Under the pieces are notes generated by a model. The model was not told the origin of the DNA and ran no database searches. It saw only the letters and a list, made by a program, of their open reading frames with translations. From Squalus acanthias (Eukaryota), in NCBI GenBank assembly GCA_030390025.1, contig CM059425.1, positions 51,894,001 through 51,958,000 on the forward strand: DNA of 64,000 nucleotides, written 5' to 3'. Below, piece after piece: positions 1 to 13,602 of the stretch. Position 1 is the first letter of the stretch; each line of letters starts with the position of its first letter. Both the position numbers and the translations under genes were made by a program.

Positions 1-165
1 TGGAATGCCTCATCAGAGACAGCGGTAGGAGCAGAATTCATAATAGTTTTTTAAAAGCAAGTGAATAAATATTTGAAAAAATAATTTAATAGGTATGAGG
101 AAAGAGGAGGGGAATAGGATAAACTTTCAGAGAGTAGACACAATGGGCTGAATGGCCTCCTTCTG
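1..165 (+). mobile_element. CR1 LINE 3' end fragment, old
   Basis: Starts with a WNAxP-type remnant and ends with the CR1 3' motif atgggctgaatggcctccttctgtg. Confidence 0.65.
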
Positions 166-1879
166 TGATTCACTCTTACCTCTGAGTCTAATGTTTCTTT
201 ATAGTTTAACTGAGCTGTTATATACTGAGGTTACTAAAGATGCACACAGTACCTCCTCAAACCTGTCAGCCAATGATAAGTGAGCCATCTTGTCAGTTGT
301 GAATAGGTTTGGATTAGATGGATGTGGCTAAATTTGGATCTAAATGAACCATTAATCTTCTCCCTGCCCTAAGTTAATTGAATAATGTCTAAATAAATAT
401 AAACTGCAAGCGGATTCAAATGTAAAGTAATCTGACTAATGGGAACCATGATACAAAACTGTACAAGGCAATTATACTTTTTTGAGTCTTGCATAGGGTT
501 AGAATGAGACAGACACGGAGTTCGAAGAGTTTAAGTTAGCTAATTCTAATTGCATTTCAGTCAAAACATTTATTCTGAAGAGTTGTGATTTCTGCAGTAA
601 AGTTAGCATCAATATTACTCGTTGAGTACTGTTTTCTTCCTCAGCACTCTTCACAACTCCATTATCCAATATTTTATTCAGGGCTTTTATTGATGTTCTT
701 ACTGTTATTAAATGTGTTCTTCTGTACGTCATGGCTTTCAGAGAATGTCAAAATATCAGGATGTGAAAGATCTTTAGTGTGATCATTATCATCATATTAA
801 TATTGCAGTTAATATGTGCATGCTTATTACAAGTAATGTGATTAATTTAATATCTGACACCACACAAAAGAACATTAGATTGGACACAGTGGGAAGATTA
901 ACACTCAAAAGACATGCTCATGACTATTAGCACTAAAAACTATAGCTTACTGTAGTCCTGTTTATATTCATAGACTAACAAAATACATCAGAAACAGAAT
1001 GTTACATAGGTACATCAAATACAGCTCAAAGCATGGAGAAAGTGTTATTTTCTGTACTCATAATGCTTGATTTGCCTTTAAAGATCACAGGGATATTTTT
1101 TGCCTTGATAAACGACTGGAGGCAGTCCAGCATATATGGGTGATGGGTTGGACTGTGCATGCGGGCCAGATTGTAGAGACATGTAAACTTCTCTTTCAGT
1201 GCTCTATGTAGCGTCCTCAGACTTGAAAAGACACATATTGCTGAATATAATGCTGCATCTGGAGCACGTATGGGGGAGCAGTTAGTGCCAGCAGTAGATG
1301 TGCATGGTTGGAGCAGCTTGCACTGCCTTTATCCTGTCTTCACAGGACCAAGGCTGGGGTGCTGCTTTCTGTCTGATAGGCTGATGCAGCAAACATATGA
1401 GCATGTTTGGCAATGCTCCCAGATCATGATTCAATGTTTCCTGCTAGCTTACTGTTTATCCTGATATGTCCTTGATCATTTTCCTTTATATATCCATTAG
1501 CAAAAACGCACCAAGAAAAATAGGAAAACAATTACATTGCTTGGGCATTTTGCTTGACAGTAAAACATACAATCTGTTAAATTATGTTTATTTGAATGGC
1601 ACATGTTACTTGGGGTGGCAAAGTAAATTCTGGAAGCACAGGCAGCCATTTTGAAATTAGTCAGAGAGCAAGAGCCCCAGATGTTGTTGATTCAGCAGCT
1701 TTGCTTTTTTTTTCCTGTGAACAACTCAGACATATTTTCCTATAAAACATAAAAATCCCTGTGTATCTGGGAGTGCAGGGTTACATCTGCACACAGCAAC
1801 ATCAACAATTACTGAATAATTGGGGGATGCACACCTACCACAGCATTTTGCAGGTGAGGACAATAATGTAACAGAAGCT

Positions 1880-4069
1880 TTCACACTGGGGACACCCTCC
1901 ATCATGTTGTGTAGCACTACCACCGTGCTAAATGGGATGAATTCAGAACAGATCTAGCAGCTCAAAACTGGGCATCCATGAGGCGCTGTGGGCCAACAGC
2001 AGCAGCAGAATTGTATTCCACCACAATCTGTAACCTCATAGCCCGGCATATCCCTCACTCTACCATTACCATCAAGCCAGGGGACCAACCCTGGTTCAAC
2101 AACGAGTGTAGAAGAGCATGCCAGGAGCAACACCAGGCATACCTAAAAATGAGGTGCCAACCTGGGGAAGCTGCAACACAGGACTACTTTCATGCTAAAA
2201 AGCGGAAGCAGCATGCTGTAGACAGGGCTAAGCGATCCCACAATCAACGGATCAGATCAAAGCTCTGCAGTCCTGCCACATCCAGTCGTGAATGGTGGTG
2301 GACCATTAAACAACTAACGGAAGGAGGAGGCTCCATGAATATTCCCATCCTCAATGATGGTGGAGCCCAGCACGTGAGTGCAAAAGACAAGGCTGAAGCG
2401 TTTGCAACCATCTTCAGGAAGAAGTGCCAAGTGGATGATCCATATCGGTCTACTCCTGAGGTCCTCACCATCACAGAAGCCAGTCTTCAGCCAATTCAAT
2501 TTACTCCACGTGATATCAAGAAACAGCTGAGCGCACTGGATACAGCAAAGACTATGGGCCCCGACAACATTCCGGGTATCGTGCTGAAGACTTGTGCTCC
2601 AGAACTAGCCGCGCCTCTAGCCAAGCTGTTCCAGTATAGCTACAACACTGGCATCTATCCGACAATGTGGAAAACTGCCCAGGTATGTCCTGTCCACAAA
2701 AAGCAGGACAAATCCAATCTGGCCAGTTACTGCCCAATCAGTCTACTCTCAATCATCAGCAAAGTGATGGAAGGTGTCATCGACAGTGCTATCAAGCAGC
2801 ACTTACTCACCAATAACCTGCTCACTGATGCCCAGTTTGGGTTCAGCCAAGACCACTCGGTTCCCGACCTCATTACAGCCTTGGTCCAAACATGGACAAA
2901 GGAGCTGAATTCCAGAGGTGAGGTGAGAGTGACTGCCCTTGACATCAAGGCAGCATTTGACCGAGTGTGGCATCAGGGTGCCCTAGTAAAACTGAAGTCA
3001 ATGGGAATCGGGGGGAAAACGCTCCACTGGCTGGAGTCATACCTAGCACAAAGGAAGATGGTTGTGGTGGTTGAAGGTCAATCATCACAGCCCCAGGACA
3101 TCGCTGCTGGAGTTCCTCAGGGCAGTGTCCTAGGCCCAACCATCTTCAGCTGCTTCATCAATGACCTTCCCTCCAACATAAGGTCAGAAATGGGGATGTT
3201 CGCTGATAACTGCACAGTGTTCAGTGCCATTCACAGCACCTCAGATAATGAAACAGTCCATGCCCGCAGGCAACAAGACCTGGACGACGTTCAGGCTTGG
3301 GCTGATAAGTGGCAGGTAACATTCGCGCCACAGAAGTGCCAGGCAATGACTATCTCCAACAAGCGAGAGTCTAACCACCTCCCCTTGACATTCAACGGCA
3401 TTACCATCGCCGAATCCCCCACCATCAACATCCTGGGGAGTCACCACTGACCAGAAACTTAACTGGACCAGCCACATAAATACTGTGGCAACAAGAGCAG
3501 GTCAGAGGCTAGGTATTCAGCAGCGAGTGTCTCACCTCCTGACTCCCCAAGCCTTTCCACCATCTACAAGGCACAAGTCAGGAGTGTGAAGGAATACTCT
3601 CCACTTGCCTGGATGAGTGCAGCTCCAACAACACTCAAGAAGCTCGACACCATCCAGGACAAAGCAGCCCACTTGATTGGCACCCCATCCACCAACTTAA
3701 ACATTCACTCCCTCCACCATCGGCGTACCGTGGCCGCAGTGTGTACCATCTACAAGATGCACTGCAGCAACTCGCCAAGGCTTCTTGGCAGCACCTCCCA
3801 AACCTGCAACTTCTACCACCTAGAAGGACAAGGGCTGCAGGCGCATGGGAACGCCACCACCTCCAAGTTCTCCTCCAAGTTACACACCATCCTGACTTAG
3901 AAGTATATCGCCGATCCTTCATCGTCACTGGGTCAAAATCCTGGAACTCCCTCCCTAACAGCACTGTGGGAATACCTTCACCACCACCTTCTCAAGGGCA
4001 ATTAGGGATGGGCAATAAATGCTGGTCTTGCCAGCAACGTCCACATCCCATAAACGAATAAAAAAAAAA
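1880..4069 (+). mobile_element. 5'-truncated non-LTR retrotransposon (CR1/L2 group), ORF2 reverse transcriptase, inactivated
   Basis: ORF 1978..3450 has RT motifs (GPDNIP, PISLLSIISKVME, DIKAAFDRVWH, GVPQGSVLGP). FADN replaces (Y/F)ADD, there is a frameshift near 3435, and the element ends with WNSLP and a poly(A) tail. Confidence 0.93.
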
Positions 4070-4099
4070 TGTCTTCACCATTAGGTGACAACTGTTGAT

Positions 4100-4740
4100 T
4101 ACAAAACGGCACCACTCGCCATATTAAATCTATCTGAATATCCAAGGCAGAATTAGTGTTGATTTCTGTGGACTCTTTCCATCAGGAAACCATTTCTTGC
4201 AGTAGTCGATAATTTATCCTTATTTCCAGCAGTTGTAATAACCAAATCTACAGCCACAATACCATGTCTAAACCAGATATTTACAGTTAATGGAATTCCA
4301 GAGGTTATAACTCAGCAAACGGATCTCTGTTGAAGAAATCAGAATTACAGCAGTTTGCCAAACACCTTGAATTTCCCCACCATTGAATCATACCATAGTG
4401 GCCAGGTGCAAACTCTGAGGCTAAAACTATCAAGAAGCGGATCCATGGTTTAACATGGCAGCCACAACTTTGGACATTCCTGCTTAACTACCGTGCTATG
4501 CCTCACTCCACTACAGATGTAGCACCTGTTACAACTTTGTTTCATCATAAATTGGGAATCACAGTGCCTCATGCTGTCACTTTCAAGTGAAATGATAAAA
4601 GGAAGATCACAGTGTTAAGCCAAAAATGAAAGAGTTTGCTGATCGAAAACTCCACACCCAATCTAGTGAAATCAAGGTTGTTGACTATGTCCTAGTGAGA
4701 AATCATGAGAAAAACTGATACCCCCATGACTCACAGATAA
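4100..4740 (+). mobile_element. Highly decayed Gypsy/Ty3 LTR-retrotransposon integrase relic
   Basis: Manual translation gives VDFCGLFPSG (4158), GIPEV, LLNYRAMPHSTTDVAP (4480) and KMKEFADRK..DYVLVR. These occur in the order expected for a Gypsy integrase core and GPY/F region, with multiple frameshifts. Confidence 0.75.
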
Positions 4741-5117
4741 AGGAGGTTCCCATCAAATGACAAGAAATGCATCTTTGTCCAAGTAATAGTATCGCCAGAA
4801 TCTCAGATTTTTATAAAGACAAACATGATACCGCTTACGTCCTCCCCACCACCACCACCTCCCCCGCACCCCCCACCTTCCCTCCCTTCCTCTGTAAAGG
4901 GCCTTGGTACATTTCATTAGGTGAAACGTATTATAAAAATGCAAGTTGTCATTGTTATTCCAGTAAAAATACTGGGAATTCTGATAAATGTGTTGATTTT
5001 AATTCAGTCCAACATAATTCTAAGAAAAATTAAGAATTGAAAAGTACTAAACACCATATTTGGGAACAAGTATATGAGGAAACCAGATTATAGATAGAGC
5101 CAGGCTTAAGAGACAGC

Positions 5118-5874
5118 AGCCCGGAATTTACAGGGCCTATGATGGTGTACTGTCGTAAGTGCTGTCAATGGCCCCGCATGTTTCGGGTTTCTGCATGCGC
5201 GAAAACACGGAACTTGCGATCTGTCAAGCTTCTCCTTGATAGATCGTTTGCATCCGCTGTAAATTCACTTTCGCTGGCGCAGATTTGGGCTATTTGCTCA
5301 ACTAATGCCCAGCAAATACCCACGAGACCCTTACGCCTGATAAAAGCAGGCATAAGACCTTCTTTTACCAGCGTAAGGGTTTAAATAAATGCTAAAATAA
5401 TTTTTTTAAATGATTTAAACATTCACTTACATTTAAAATTAGGTTAGGTCAATTTTGTCCCGGTTAAAAATGTTTAAATTTATCTTTCAAAAAATTAAAT
5501 TTTTATTTTAAATGTCTAATTAAAGGGTATTTTAATTAATTTTGAACCTGTGATCATTTATTTTTATTTCAGTGTTGTGAAATTGTAACATTAGGTGATT
5601 TCTATTAAGCTTATGGGGATTCCGTACGTAAATGGAATCCCCACAAGCATAATAGGAATCCCCTTTTTGTCATTGGTTGGCCTGGCCCACACAATCCCAG
5701 GGACGCTTGCAAACTGCATGCGCCCCTGGAATCCGTGGGCCTTTACGCAGGCGTACACCTACAGGCCCAGGACCGGAACAGCTCGAAGCTCCGGAAACAC
5801 CAGGTAAGTTCGTAGTTTTCTTCCGGCTCAGAGGCGTACGCGGGCGGCAAGCCTCCGACCGCAATTTCCAGACC
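5118..5874. mobile_element. MITE family A (PIF/Harbinger-like), copy 1
   Basis: Imperfect TIRs (agcccggaattt / aatttccagacc), CpG-rich ends and an AT-rich centre. Collinear with 6581-7296. Confidence 0.7.
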
Positions 5875-5920
5875 AACGTTTTTTGTGATTTCTCTATCAG
5901 AGAGGAAACCATAAAAAAAA

Positions 5921-6315
5921 AAGACTTGCATTTATATAGCGCCTTTCACGACCTCAGGACATCCCAAAGCGCTTTACAGCCAATGAAGTACTTTTGAAGT
6001 GTAGTCACTGTTGTAATGTGGGAAACGCGGCAGCCAATTTGTGCACAGCAAGCTCCCACAAACAGCAATGTGCTAATGACCAGATAATCTGTTTTAGTGA
6101 TGATGATTGAGAGATAAATACTGGCCAGGACACTGGGGATAACTCCCCTGCTCTTCTTCGAAGTAGTGCCATGGGATCTTTTACATCCACCTGAGAGAGC
6201 AGACGGGGCCTCGGTTTAACGTCTCATCTGAAAGACAGCACCTCCAGCAGTGCAGCACTCCCTCAGCACTGCACTAGAGTATTAGCCTAGATTTTTGTAC
6301 TCAAGTCTCTGGAGT
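5921..6315 (-). mobile_element. Deu-domain SINE (SacSINE1-like)
   Basis: Contains the reverse complement of the Deu core (gatgagacgttaaaccgagg...aaagatcccatggcact...tgtcctggcca) and the tail gcgctatataaatgcaag. Multiple copies occur in the window. Confidence 0.85.
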
Positions 6316-6580
6316 AAACAGTATGTTATGTCAAAGACTAGGGTACAAAAAATAGTGTTGATCCAGTGTGTTTTCCCTAAATTAATTTTTAAACCATCAT
6401 GCTACATGATGTAATTGTAAGCCAATCAAAACAAAGATTCAACATCGTGGGCACCATACACAATATTGATTATGTTAATGATTTTATGTGGCTTTTTCCT
6501 GTAACTAATTAAATTCTTCCAACTGACAAAAATATATCGTCTAGATTTGAGTCAAACGATCATCCTGTGATAAACAAATT

Positions 6581-7296
6581 GGTCCAGATGTTCCGATCCC
6601 TACGGGTGGGTCCGCGCTGTGTAACCACCCATAGGGACATCAGAAATGCCGGTTTCAGGCATGTACAGTGCATGCGCTGAAAACCGGCATTTCCGATCTG
6701 TCAAGAAAGCTCTTGACAGATCCTCCACCTGCCCTGGAGAAGGGCCTATGCGGGCGGATAGTTCCACTTTTTGGAGACCCTCCACCCGCAGAAAACCCTT
6801 ACAATTCTTACACCTGGTAAAAGCAGGCATAAGGCCTGCTTTTACCAGGATAAGAGTTGAAAAAAAAGTTTTAAAAAAATTTCACTAATGTATCATTTAA
6901 AAATACTTCAAAAAAAGGTAAGTTTATTTTTAGCCCCGTAAAAAACTTTAATTATTTTTTTCAAAAAATTACATTTTTGTTTAAAATATTTAATTTATTG
7001 TAATTTCAAGTCATTTAAAAATGTGATTAAAAAAAAATTATTTAAAGTTTTATTATGTTTTTGGGGTGATCTCCATTCATATATTTGACAGGTTTTCCGG
7101 TCAAGTGTATGAAAGGAGATTCCCTTCTTTGATTGGCTCCCCATGGCCCACGTGATCCCAGGGACGCTTGCAAACCGCATGCGCCCCTGGGATACGTAGG
7201 CCCTGCACACTTGGAGTTCGAGAGGCCCAGGAGCGGAAGTGTGTGCGTCCCGGGAGCCCTCAGGTAAGGGAAGCCTCCGATCGGAAAATACGGCCC
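6581..7296. mobile_element. MITE family A, copy 2
   Basis: TIRs ggtccagatgttccgatc / gatcggaaaatacggccc and a 3-bp TSD ATT. Shares the gatctgtcaag..cttgacagatc and cccagggacgcttgcaaac blocks with copy 1. Confidence 0.8.
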
Positions 7297-9454
7297 ATTA
7301 TTTTTTTCTCAGTCCCTGCATGTCCTCAGCAGCCTGGAATTTAAGGGGAAATTGGAAATGCTCTCACAAGGATTTGCAAGCTTGCTCTGTGCATGGTCAT
7401 CCTAAGGAAACAGTGCTGAATTTTCAGGAACCTGTCTGCTGTCACACTAAACATGATAATGCATTGAGACTGGAGTCAGAATGAATTTGGATGAACATTC
7501 AGCATATTAAACTCTAAATGCCACTTGAAATCAGCAGCATACATGAAATCATCAGCCAGAAATCAGCAAGTTAACTCTGCTAATGTAAAATTCAATGCAA
7601 AATGTTGTCAGACTATCTTCATTATACACTTGGCAACACACACTTTGGTATGCTAATAACCAGCAAGGCCTGCAGTCTTATTATTTAATCAGGACATGAA
7701 ATGCGTCGAGAGCTCAGAGTTACATATTCCTAAATTCATCACTCGAGCCTCTGACAGATACAAAATTGTTTATGAAAATACATATGTTTTTAAACAGCTG
7801 CCCTTTAAGGAATAAATCTACAGAGAGGTTAAGTGACTATCATAGCGAGCCCATAGGCAAATCCTAGTGAAGTTACTGCATTCTGTAGGTAATTAAACAT
7901 AACCAGTGTTCTCTTACACTAATGTTAAGCTTTCATCCCAAAGACCACGTACACCCTTGGAGGGTTAACATGAAGTCACAGTCTAGCAATAAAATTAGTG
8001 TTAATGTGACCTGAGCAAACTTTTAATGCATGCGTCAGCCTTAACTGGTATTCTTACTTTAAAGATAATAATGATAAATAACTGTGCTAAGCTGTGTTAA
8101 TCTTTGCAAAGTTACACTAACCAATTAACTAATTTTAACCACCTTCATTATCAGAAACTATCTTTTAAGCTATTAAAATTATTCACAGTTCAACTGACCA
8201 ATTCCTGTGGAGTGCAATGGGAGTGGAAATTTACAAACTGTCTACAGAAACTCAACAACAAACTTTAGGAATGACCTGTGACCATTATATGTATCCTTGT
8301 CTTCCAGTAGGCAACACATTTGTGATCCATAGACTTGTTGCATAGAACAGGGTTATTAAAACAGGTGTTATGCCCCTTGAATATGTAAATTAGAGGCCTA
8401 ATGCCAATTAAAGAACCAATGTGACAAATTGGTCACCGCATGAGGAGGGCAGATGTTGGGCCTGCCCCACTCAGGATTTTTCGGTTCCCATGGCTGCCAA
8501 TCAAAAGGTAAGTTTTTGAATATTTTGTTTTCTATGTTTCCTATGGAGCCAGGTGTAGTGCTCCCCCGACTCCACACAGGAAATGCGATCGCACCCCCAC
8601 TCCCCCCCACCCACCCATAGTCCGCTCCAAACCCCAGTCCTGAGGGCCACTGCATCGATCCTTCGGTGCCTTGCTTTGGGATTCAGGCCCAGACTAATTT
8701 CTTCCCCCATATTCTCAAAAACATTATACTGATTATTCCTGGCATATAAGCCATGGGACTATATTTTCCACTATAATCGAAAACAGGATTCAGTGCCCTT
8801 TTTTCATTGTTATTTATGAGTTACTAACAAACTGATGGAAATGGCAGTTTTGAAACATGTGATTTTGTTAAATGCAATTTCAGTATTGGGAAAAAAAAGG
8901 GGAAAAATTTGTCCCCTTAGCGCCTCCCGTTAGCGCCAGTAGATGGCGTTAATGGGGCGCTAGACCAGTATCGCCGGGGTGAGGCAAATCTAGCACTGTT
9001 CGTCAAATCCGGCCCCGTATCGCTGCCGGTAAGAGGTATTACTGGGAACGTCAACACCAGGGAGATCGTGACATGAGTGAGTGTGGAACGCTCACTGCCC
9101 ACACAATTTGCAAAATTGATTCTCGCCACTTACCTTACTGCCTGCAGTAAACACCGACAGTGAGATCTGGCCTGCAGCACCAGGAAGCCGGCTCCAGGGA
9201 CCTTATTTAAAGGGATCATCAATAATCACTTGCAGCTGTCAGGTTAGTGCAGTTTCAGTTTTTTTGTTAGTTTCACCCACTGCAACAGTTGCATTCAATA
9301 ATTTCAAGGTTCTTTTGTATCAGGAGTCTACTGGCAACTAAAAAGTAGCTACATTTATTTTTCAAAGATTCAAACTGCTACACTTGGTAACATTAATGGG
9401 GGTGTACTGTCATGCCACCTCACCCTCCAGGATCTATAGTGGAGGGAGCGTAGG

Positions 9455-10052
9455 CATAGAAACATAGAAAAATAGGAGCAGGAGTAGGCTATTTGGCCCT
9501 TCGAGCCTGCTCCGCCATTCAATATGATCATGTCTGATCCTCTATCTCAATGCCATATTCCCGCTCTCTCCCCATACCACTTGATGCCTTTTGTGCCTAG
9601 AAATCTATCTATCTCCTTCTTAAATATATTCAGTGACTTGGCCTCCACAGCCTGCTGTGGTAGAGAATTCCACAGGTTCACCACCCTCTGAGTGAAGAAA
9701 TTTCTCCTCATCTCAGTCCTAAATGTTCTACCTCGTATCCTCAGACTGTGACCCCTCGTTCTAGACCCCCCAGCCAGGGGAAACATCCTCCTTGTATCCA
9801 GTCTGTCTAGCCCTGTCAGAATATTATACGTTTCAATGAGATCCCCTCTCATTCTTCTAAACTCTAGTGAATACAGGCTATTTCGACCCAATCTCTCCTC
9901 ATATGACAGTCCTGCCATCGCAGGAATCAGTCTGGTGAACCTTCGCTGCACTCCCTCTATGGCAAGTATATCCTTTCTTAGGTAAGGAGACCAAAACTGC
10001 ACACAGTACTCCAGGTGTGGTCTCACCAAGGCCATGTATAACTGTAGTAAAA
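9455..10052 (-). mobile_element. CR1 LINE 3' portion nested in Harbinger 1 (a more 5' CR1 piece lies at ~10443-10665)
   Basis: ORF 9547..10068 has LVRPHLEYCVQFWSP, RTRGHS and FFTQRVVNLWNSLP. Ends in a (TTTCTATG)n tail at 9455-9470. Confidence 0.92.
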
Positions 10053-10442
10053 AAATGAGAAGTCGCACAACACCAGGTTATAGTCCAACAGATTTATTTA
10101 ATTTTACAAGCTTTCGAAGCAGTTTGCTCCTTCGTCAGGTAAGTTAGCAATGAGAGAATCTCCCAGAATTCACAATTTAAACCCAGACAAAATCTATTCA
10201 CATTATTCCCTACAACAAAGAGCACAGCCAAGACAATGAGATGTGTCCCAGGGGGTCCAACGTGTCAAACCACCTGCTGGCTGCATATCCTGTCAATTTG
10301 TGTTCTTGTGTTAAGTCTTTTTTTAAAAAAACCCCTGGGAAGACCGGCCATGATGTCAAGTCACGTTCTGTATCGTGACATGAACCCGATATCGCGATTG
10401 AGGCCATCCTCATGAGTGCGGAACTTGGCTCTCATGAGGATG
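10053..10442 (-). mobile_element. Penelope-like element terminal (pLTR) fragment with hammerhead core
   Basis: The block gagaagtcgcacaacaccaggttatagtccaacag is shared with 29644 and 38384. Minus strand reads CTGACGA-stem-GAAAGCTT at 10108-10138. Confidence 0.7.
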
Positions 10443-10679
10443 GCCAGAAAAGAATGTATAACTGTTGCAATTCATGCATTCGTTCCTTAAATGTTAGCCA
10501 TTGCCTATCCACCGTCATGCCTTTTAATGAAGCTTCCCAATCTATCATAGCCAACTCACTCCTCATACCTTCGTAGTTTCCTTTGTTTAGATTTAGGATC
10601 TAGTTTCGGATTGGACTTCTTCACTTTTCATCTTAATGAAGAATTCTATCATGTTACGGTCACTAGCGAGAAATACAGG

Positions 10680-11735
10680 AACATGTGCGCAGAGGGAGGA
10701 GGAGAGCCATCAGAGCTCTCACCAGGAGGCCTTACCCTCCAAGGGTATTCTGAGAGCACGTCTCCTACCTTCAATTAAGCAAGGAGCAGTGTATTAGAAG
10801 GCTTCGCTTCACCAAGAAGGTGGTCACAGACCTCTGCCACCTACTGCAACCAGATCTCCAGCCTCAGACCAGGGCAACCACGGCTCTCCCAGTAGCAGTC
10901 AAGGTCACTGTGACCCTCAATTTTTTTCACCAGTAGATCCTTCCAGTCTGCAACAGGAGACCTAGCTAACATCTCACAGTTCCCCATCCATCGCTGCATC
11001 CGGGAGGTCACAGAGGCTCTCTACAGCAGGAGAAGGGATTACATTGGCTTCCCAATCCCCAGAGAGAAACAGGAGGAATGTGCATGTGGCTTTGCCAGGA
11101 TAGCGGGCTTCTCCCTGGTGCACGGCGCCATCGATTGTACCCACGTGGCTTTGCGGGCACCGCATAACAATCCTGAAATCTTCTGTAACTGCAAAGGCTA
11201 CCACTCACTTAATGAGCAGCTGGTGTGCGACCACACACAGTGAATCCTCAATGTCAATGCCCGCTATCCTGGCAGCAGCAACGATACCTTCATCCTGTGC
11301 CAGACCGGTGTGCCAGCACTCTTCCAGCCACCACATCAAACTCGAGGGTGGCTGCTCGGAGACAAGGGCTATCCACTCTCCACCTGGCTCATGACTCCCC
11401 TCCGCAACCCCAACACTCCTGCCCCGCACTCATATAATGAGAGCTATGCTGCCACCAGGAACATCATCGAGCAGACCATCGGCTTATTGAAGCAACGGTT
11501 CCGCTTTCTTGACTGCTCGGGAGGGGCCCTCCAGTACTCGCCAGAGCGGGTGTCCCATTTTGTGGCGGTCTGCTACATGCTCCACAATTTGGCCATCATG
11601 AGGGTGCAGCCCTTGCCAGCAGGGATTGCGGGACCACCTCAGGAGGAGGACAAGGCAGAGGAGGATGAGAATGTGGACGAGGACAAGGAGGAAGAGGATG
11701 ATGTGGAGGAACAGGAGGGAGGGAGGAGGCAGTGA
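10680..11735 (+). pseudogene. HARBI1-like DDE transposase pseudogene
   Basis: Motifs [51 protein letters not shown] and MLHNL, followed by an acidic tail. Contains frameshifts and stops. Confidence 0.9.
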
Positions 11736-12141
11736 GACAATCGGTCTGCTGGACGGGCTGTCCGTGACCGGCTCAACAGACTCCAAGTCACATGAATGAA
11801 ACCCAAGATCCCCATATCTCACCACATCCCCATCATACAATCCCTGTCTTATGGTGTATCACAGCGTCCTCCTGGGCCATAAAGGAGAGAGAGACCACAA
11901 AATACTCCAAAGACCATTAATAAATTTATTTATAAACATATCACACATATCACATGAATTCTAATAACTAATGACCCTTGTGCCTGTCATAGTTGAATAG
12001 CTGTCATTGTGTGCAAGGTATGAGATGTGGGTGTGAGTGTTGCTAAGTAGAGATTGTTGGTGGGTGAGTACTGGGGGTGTGGTGCTTTGGGCAGTGTGTG
12101 AAGACTGGAGGTATGTAGCATTTGTTGAAGCATTCACTCAC

Positions 12142-12381
12142 TTTGACCATCCAAGTGAGGTCGTTAAATTTCTTCCTGCACTGTGTGGGGGTCTTGGGGA
12201 CCACAGTGCTGACCGAGACGTGCTGCGCTACCTCCCTCCACATGGTGTGAAAGACTTGTGGTGAATGCCTCCTGCCACTTGCCCTAGAGCACCACCCTCT
12301 GTCTCTCCACAGTGAAAACCAAGCCTCCAATGCTTCATTGAAGGATCTGCGGGCTCGCTCCCTGGGGCGCAGACCTGCCAT
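12142..12381 (-). pseudogene. Harbinger Myb/SANT-like DNA-binding gene, exon 1 remnant
   Basis: MAGLRPRERARRSFNEALEA...WREVAQHVS...TQCRKKFNDLTWMVK, followed by a GTGAGT donor. Confidence 0.8.
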
Positions 12382-12852
12382 GAGCACACCTGGTTCAGTC
12401 CTCCAGCTCCTTCTCCTTGTTCTGCTTGCTGAGGCAGCTGCACAGCCAGTAATGCTGAGAATGAGGTGCTGCAGCATCAATGAACCTCCCCTTTAAGTAG
12501 TGAAAAAAGCCTGTGGCAATGAGAGTTGCGATTAGACTGCACCAATATTGGTCCACCCTTTAAGTCTAACGCCAATGAGCTTGGATTTTAAGACTTGATT
12601 TAGGACTCCAATCATTTGATTGAGTAGTGCGGATGAATTTTGCGTGCAGTCTACAGCATTTGCGCCTGGTGCTAATTCTCCAACTTTTCTGCTGGTACCG
12701 TCCATTCCTTAGCTATAACGAATTTCTAGCCCTCTCATGATGCAACTGCAATGATGAGTCTTTAGTACACATGAATGATACAAAGTTCAGTAATGCAGCT
12801 CTGGAGGAAAATTGGAAAAGCTAAGTATACCCATGATGCCTTGCATGTCTAG

Positions 12853-13602
12853 GAGCCGGAATTTGCGGTGGGTAATAACGTCGAACTAACAGTGTTCGCT
12901 GTTATTACCCCATTGAAACTGAACGCAACTGCAGGATGTAATGCATGTGCATCTAAACGCAGAAATCCTAAAGTTGCAGTCAGTCATTCACTGCTCCGAC
13001 ACAGGCTGTGCTGTGGATCCACCCCCCACCCTCACCACCCGAGCCAGAAATCAATGTAATCAGTGAAGTCAATGAAACTGACAAAAACTTGAGCTTTTCC
13101 ATGGTACTATTGCTGTTAATACCCCATTAAATGTTAGGCCTTGTTGGATTAGGGGTTCCTGGGGTTTTGACAGTGTATTGACTGCTAAACAAATGTTATG
13201 GCCCTGAAAAACTAATTTTAATTTTGTGGATTTTAAATTTCTCCATTATAATAAAAATTACAATTTAAGAAACTTTAAAAAAAACTTTTTTTTTTTTTTA
13301 AAGTTTGTTCGTGATAATTCAGGTTCTACCTTAACCCCATGTGAGAGCCCCAATTTTTTTTTGCACTCTGTAACATTAGTAAAAAGTCAGGATAAAAGCA
13401 GGTTCACATTTCCTGCTTCCCTGTCTGTGAGAATTCTGCAATGTGATTGGCTGCTTAGACATCTTGTTGATGTCACAACATCAGGGGATCCCTACTATAC
13501 TGCACTGAAATCACTTGCGCGTCGAAAAAGGCAAACTTCTCACCATGGAGATTTCTGTGGGCAGCTTTCTTCGGGGCCAGCGGCAAACAACTTGTCAGCT
13601 GC
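12853..13602. mobile_element. MITE family B, copy 1
   Basis: Begins gagccggaatttgcgg. Collinear with 55330-56051 and, inverted, with ~36700-37205. Confidence 0.75.

Larger units (their letters stand above)
8899..12732 (+). mobile_element. PIF/Harbinger DNA transposon 1 (decayed two-gene element)
   Basis: TIR-like ends ggggaaaaattt / aatttctagccc. Transposase on +, Myb/SANT remnant on -, interrupted by CR1 and Penelope fragments. Confidence 0.85.

Noticed and set aside
499-1923. Short ORFs at the window start
   Set aside because: They show no recognisable homology or exon structure, and their length is as expected by chance.
10034-10465. 12-bp direct repeat atgtataactgt as the TSD of the Penelope fragment
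   Set aside because: Both copies lie inside CR1 coding sequence from different ORF2 regions (LQLYM vs QQLYI), and CR1 homology extends past them toward the insert. The match appears coincidental.
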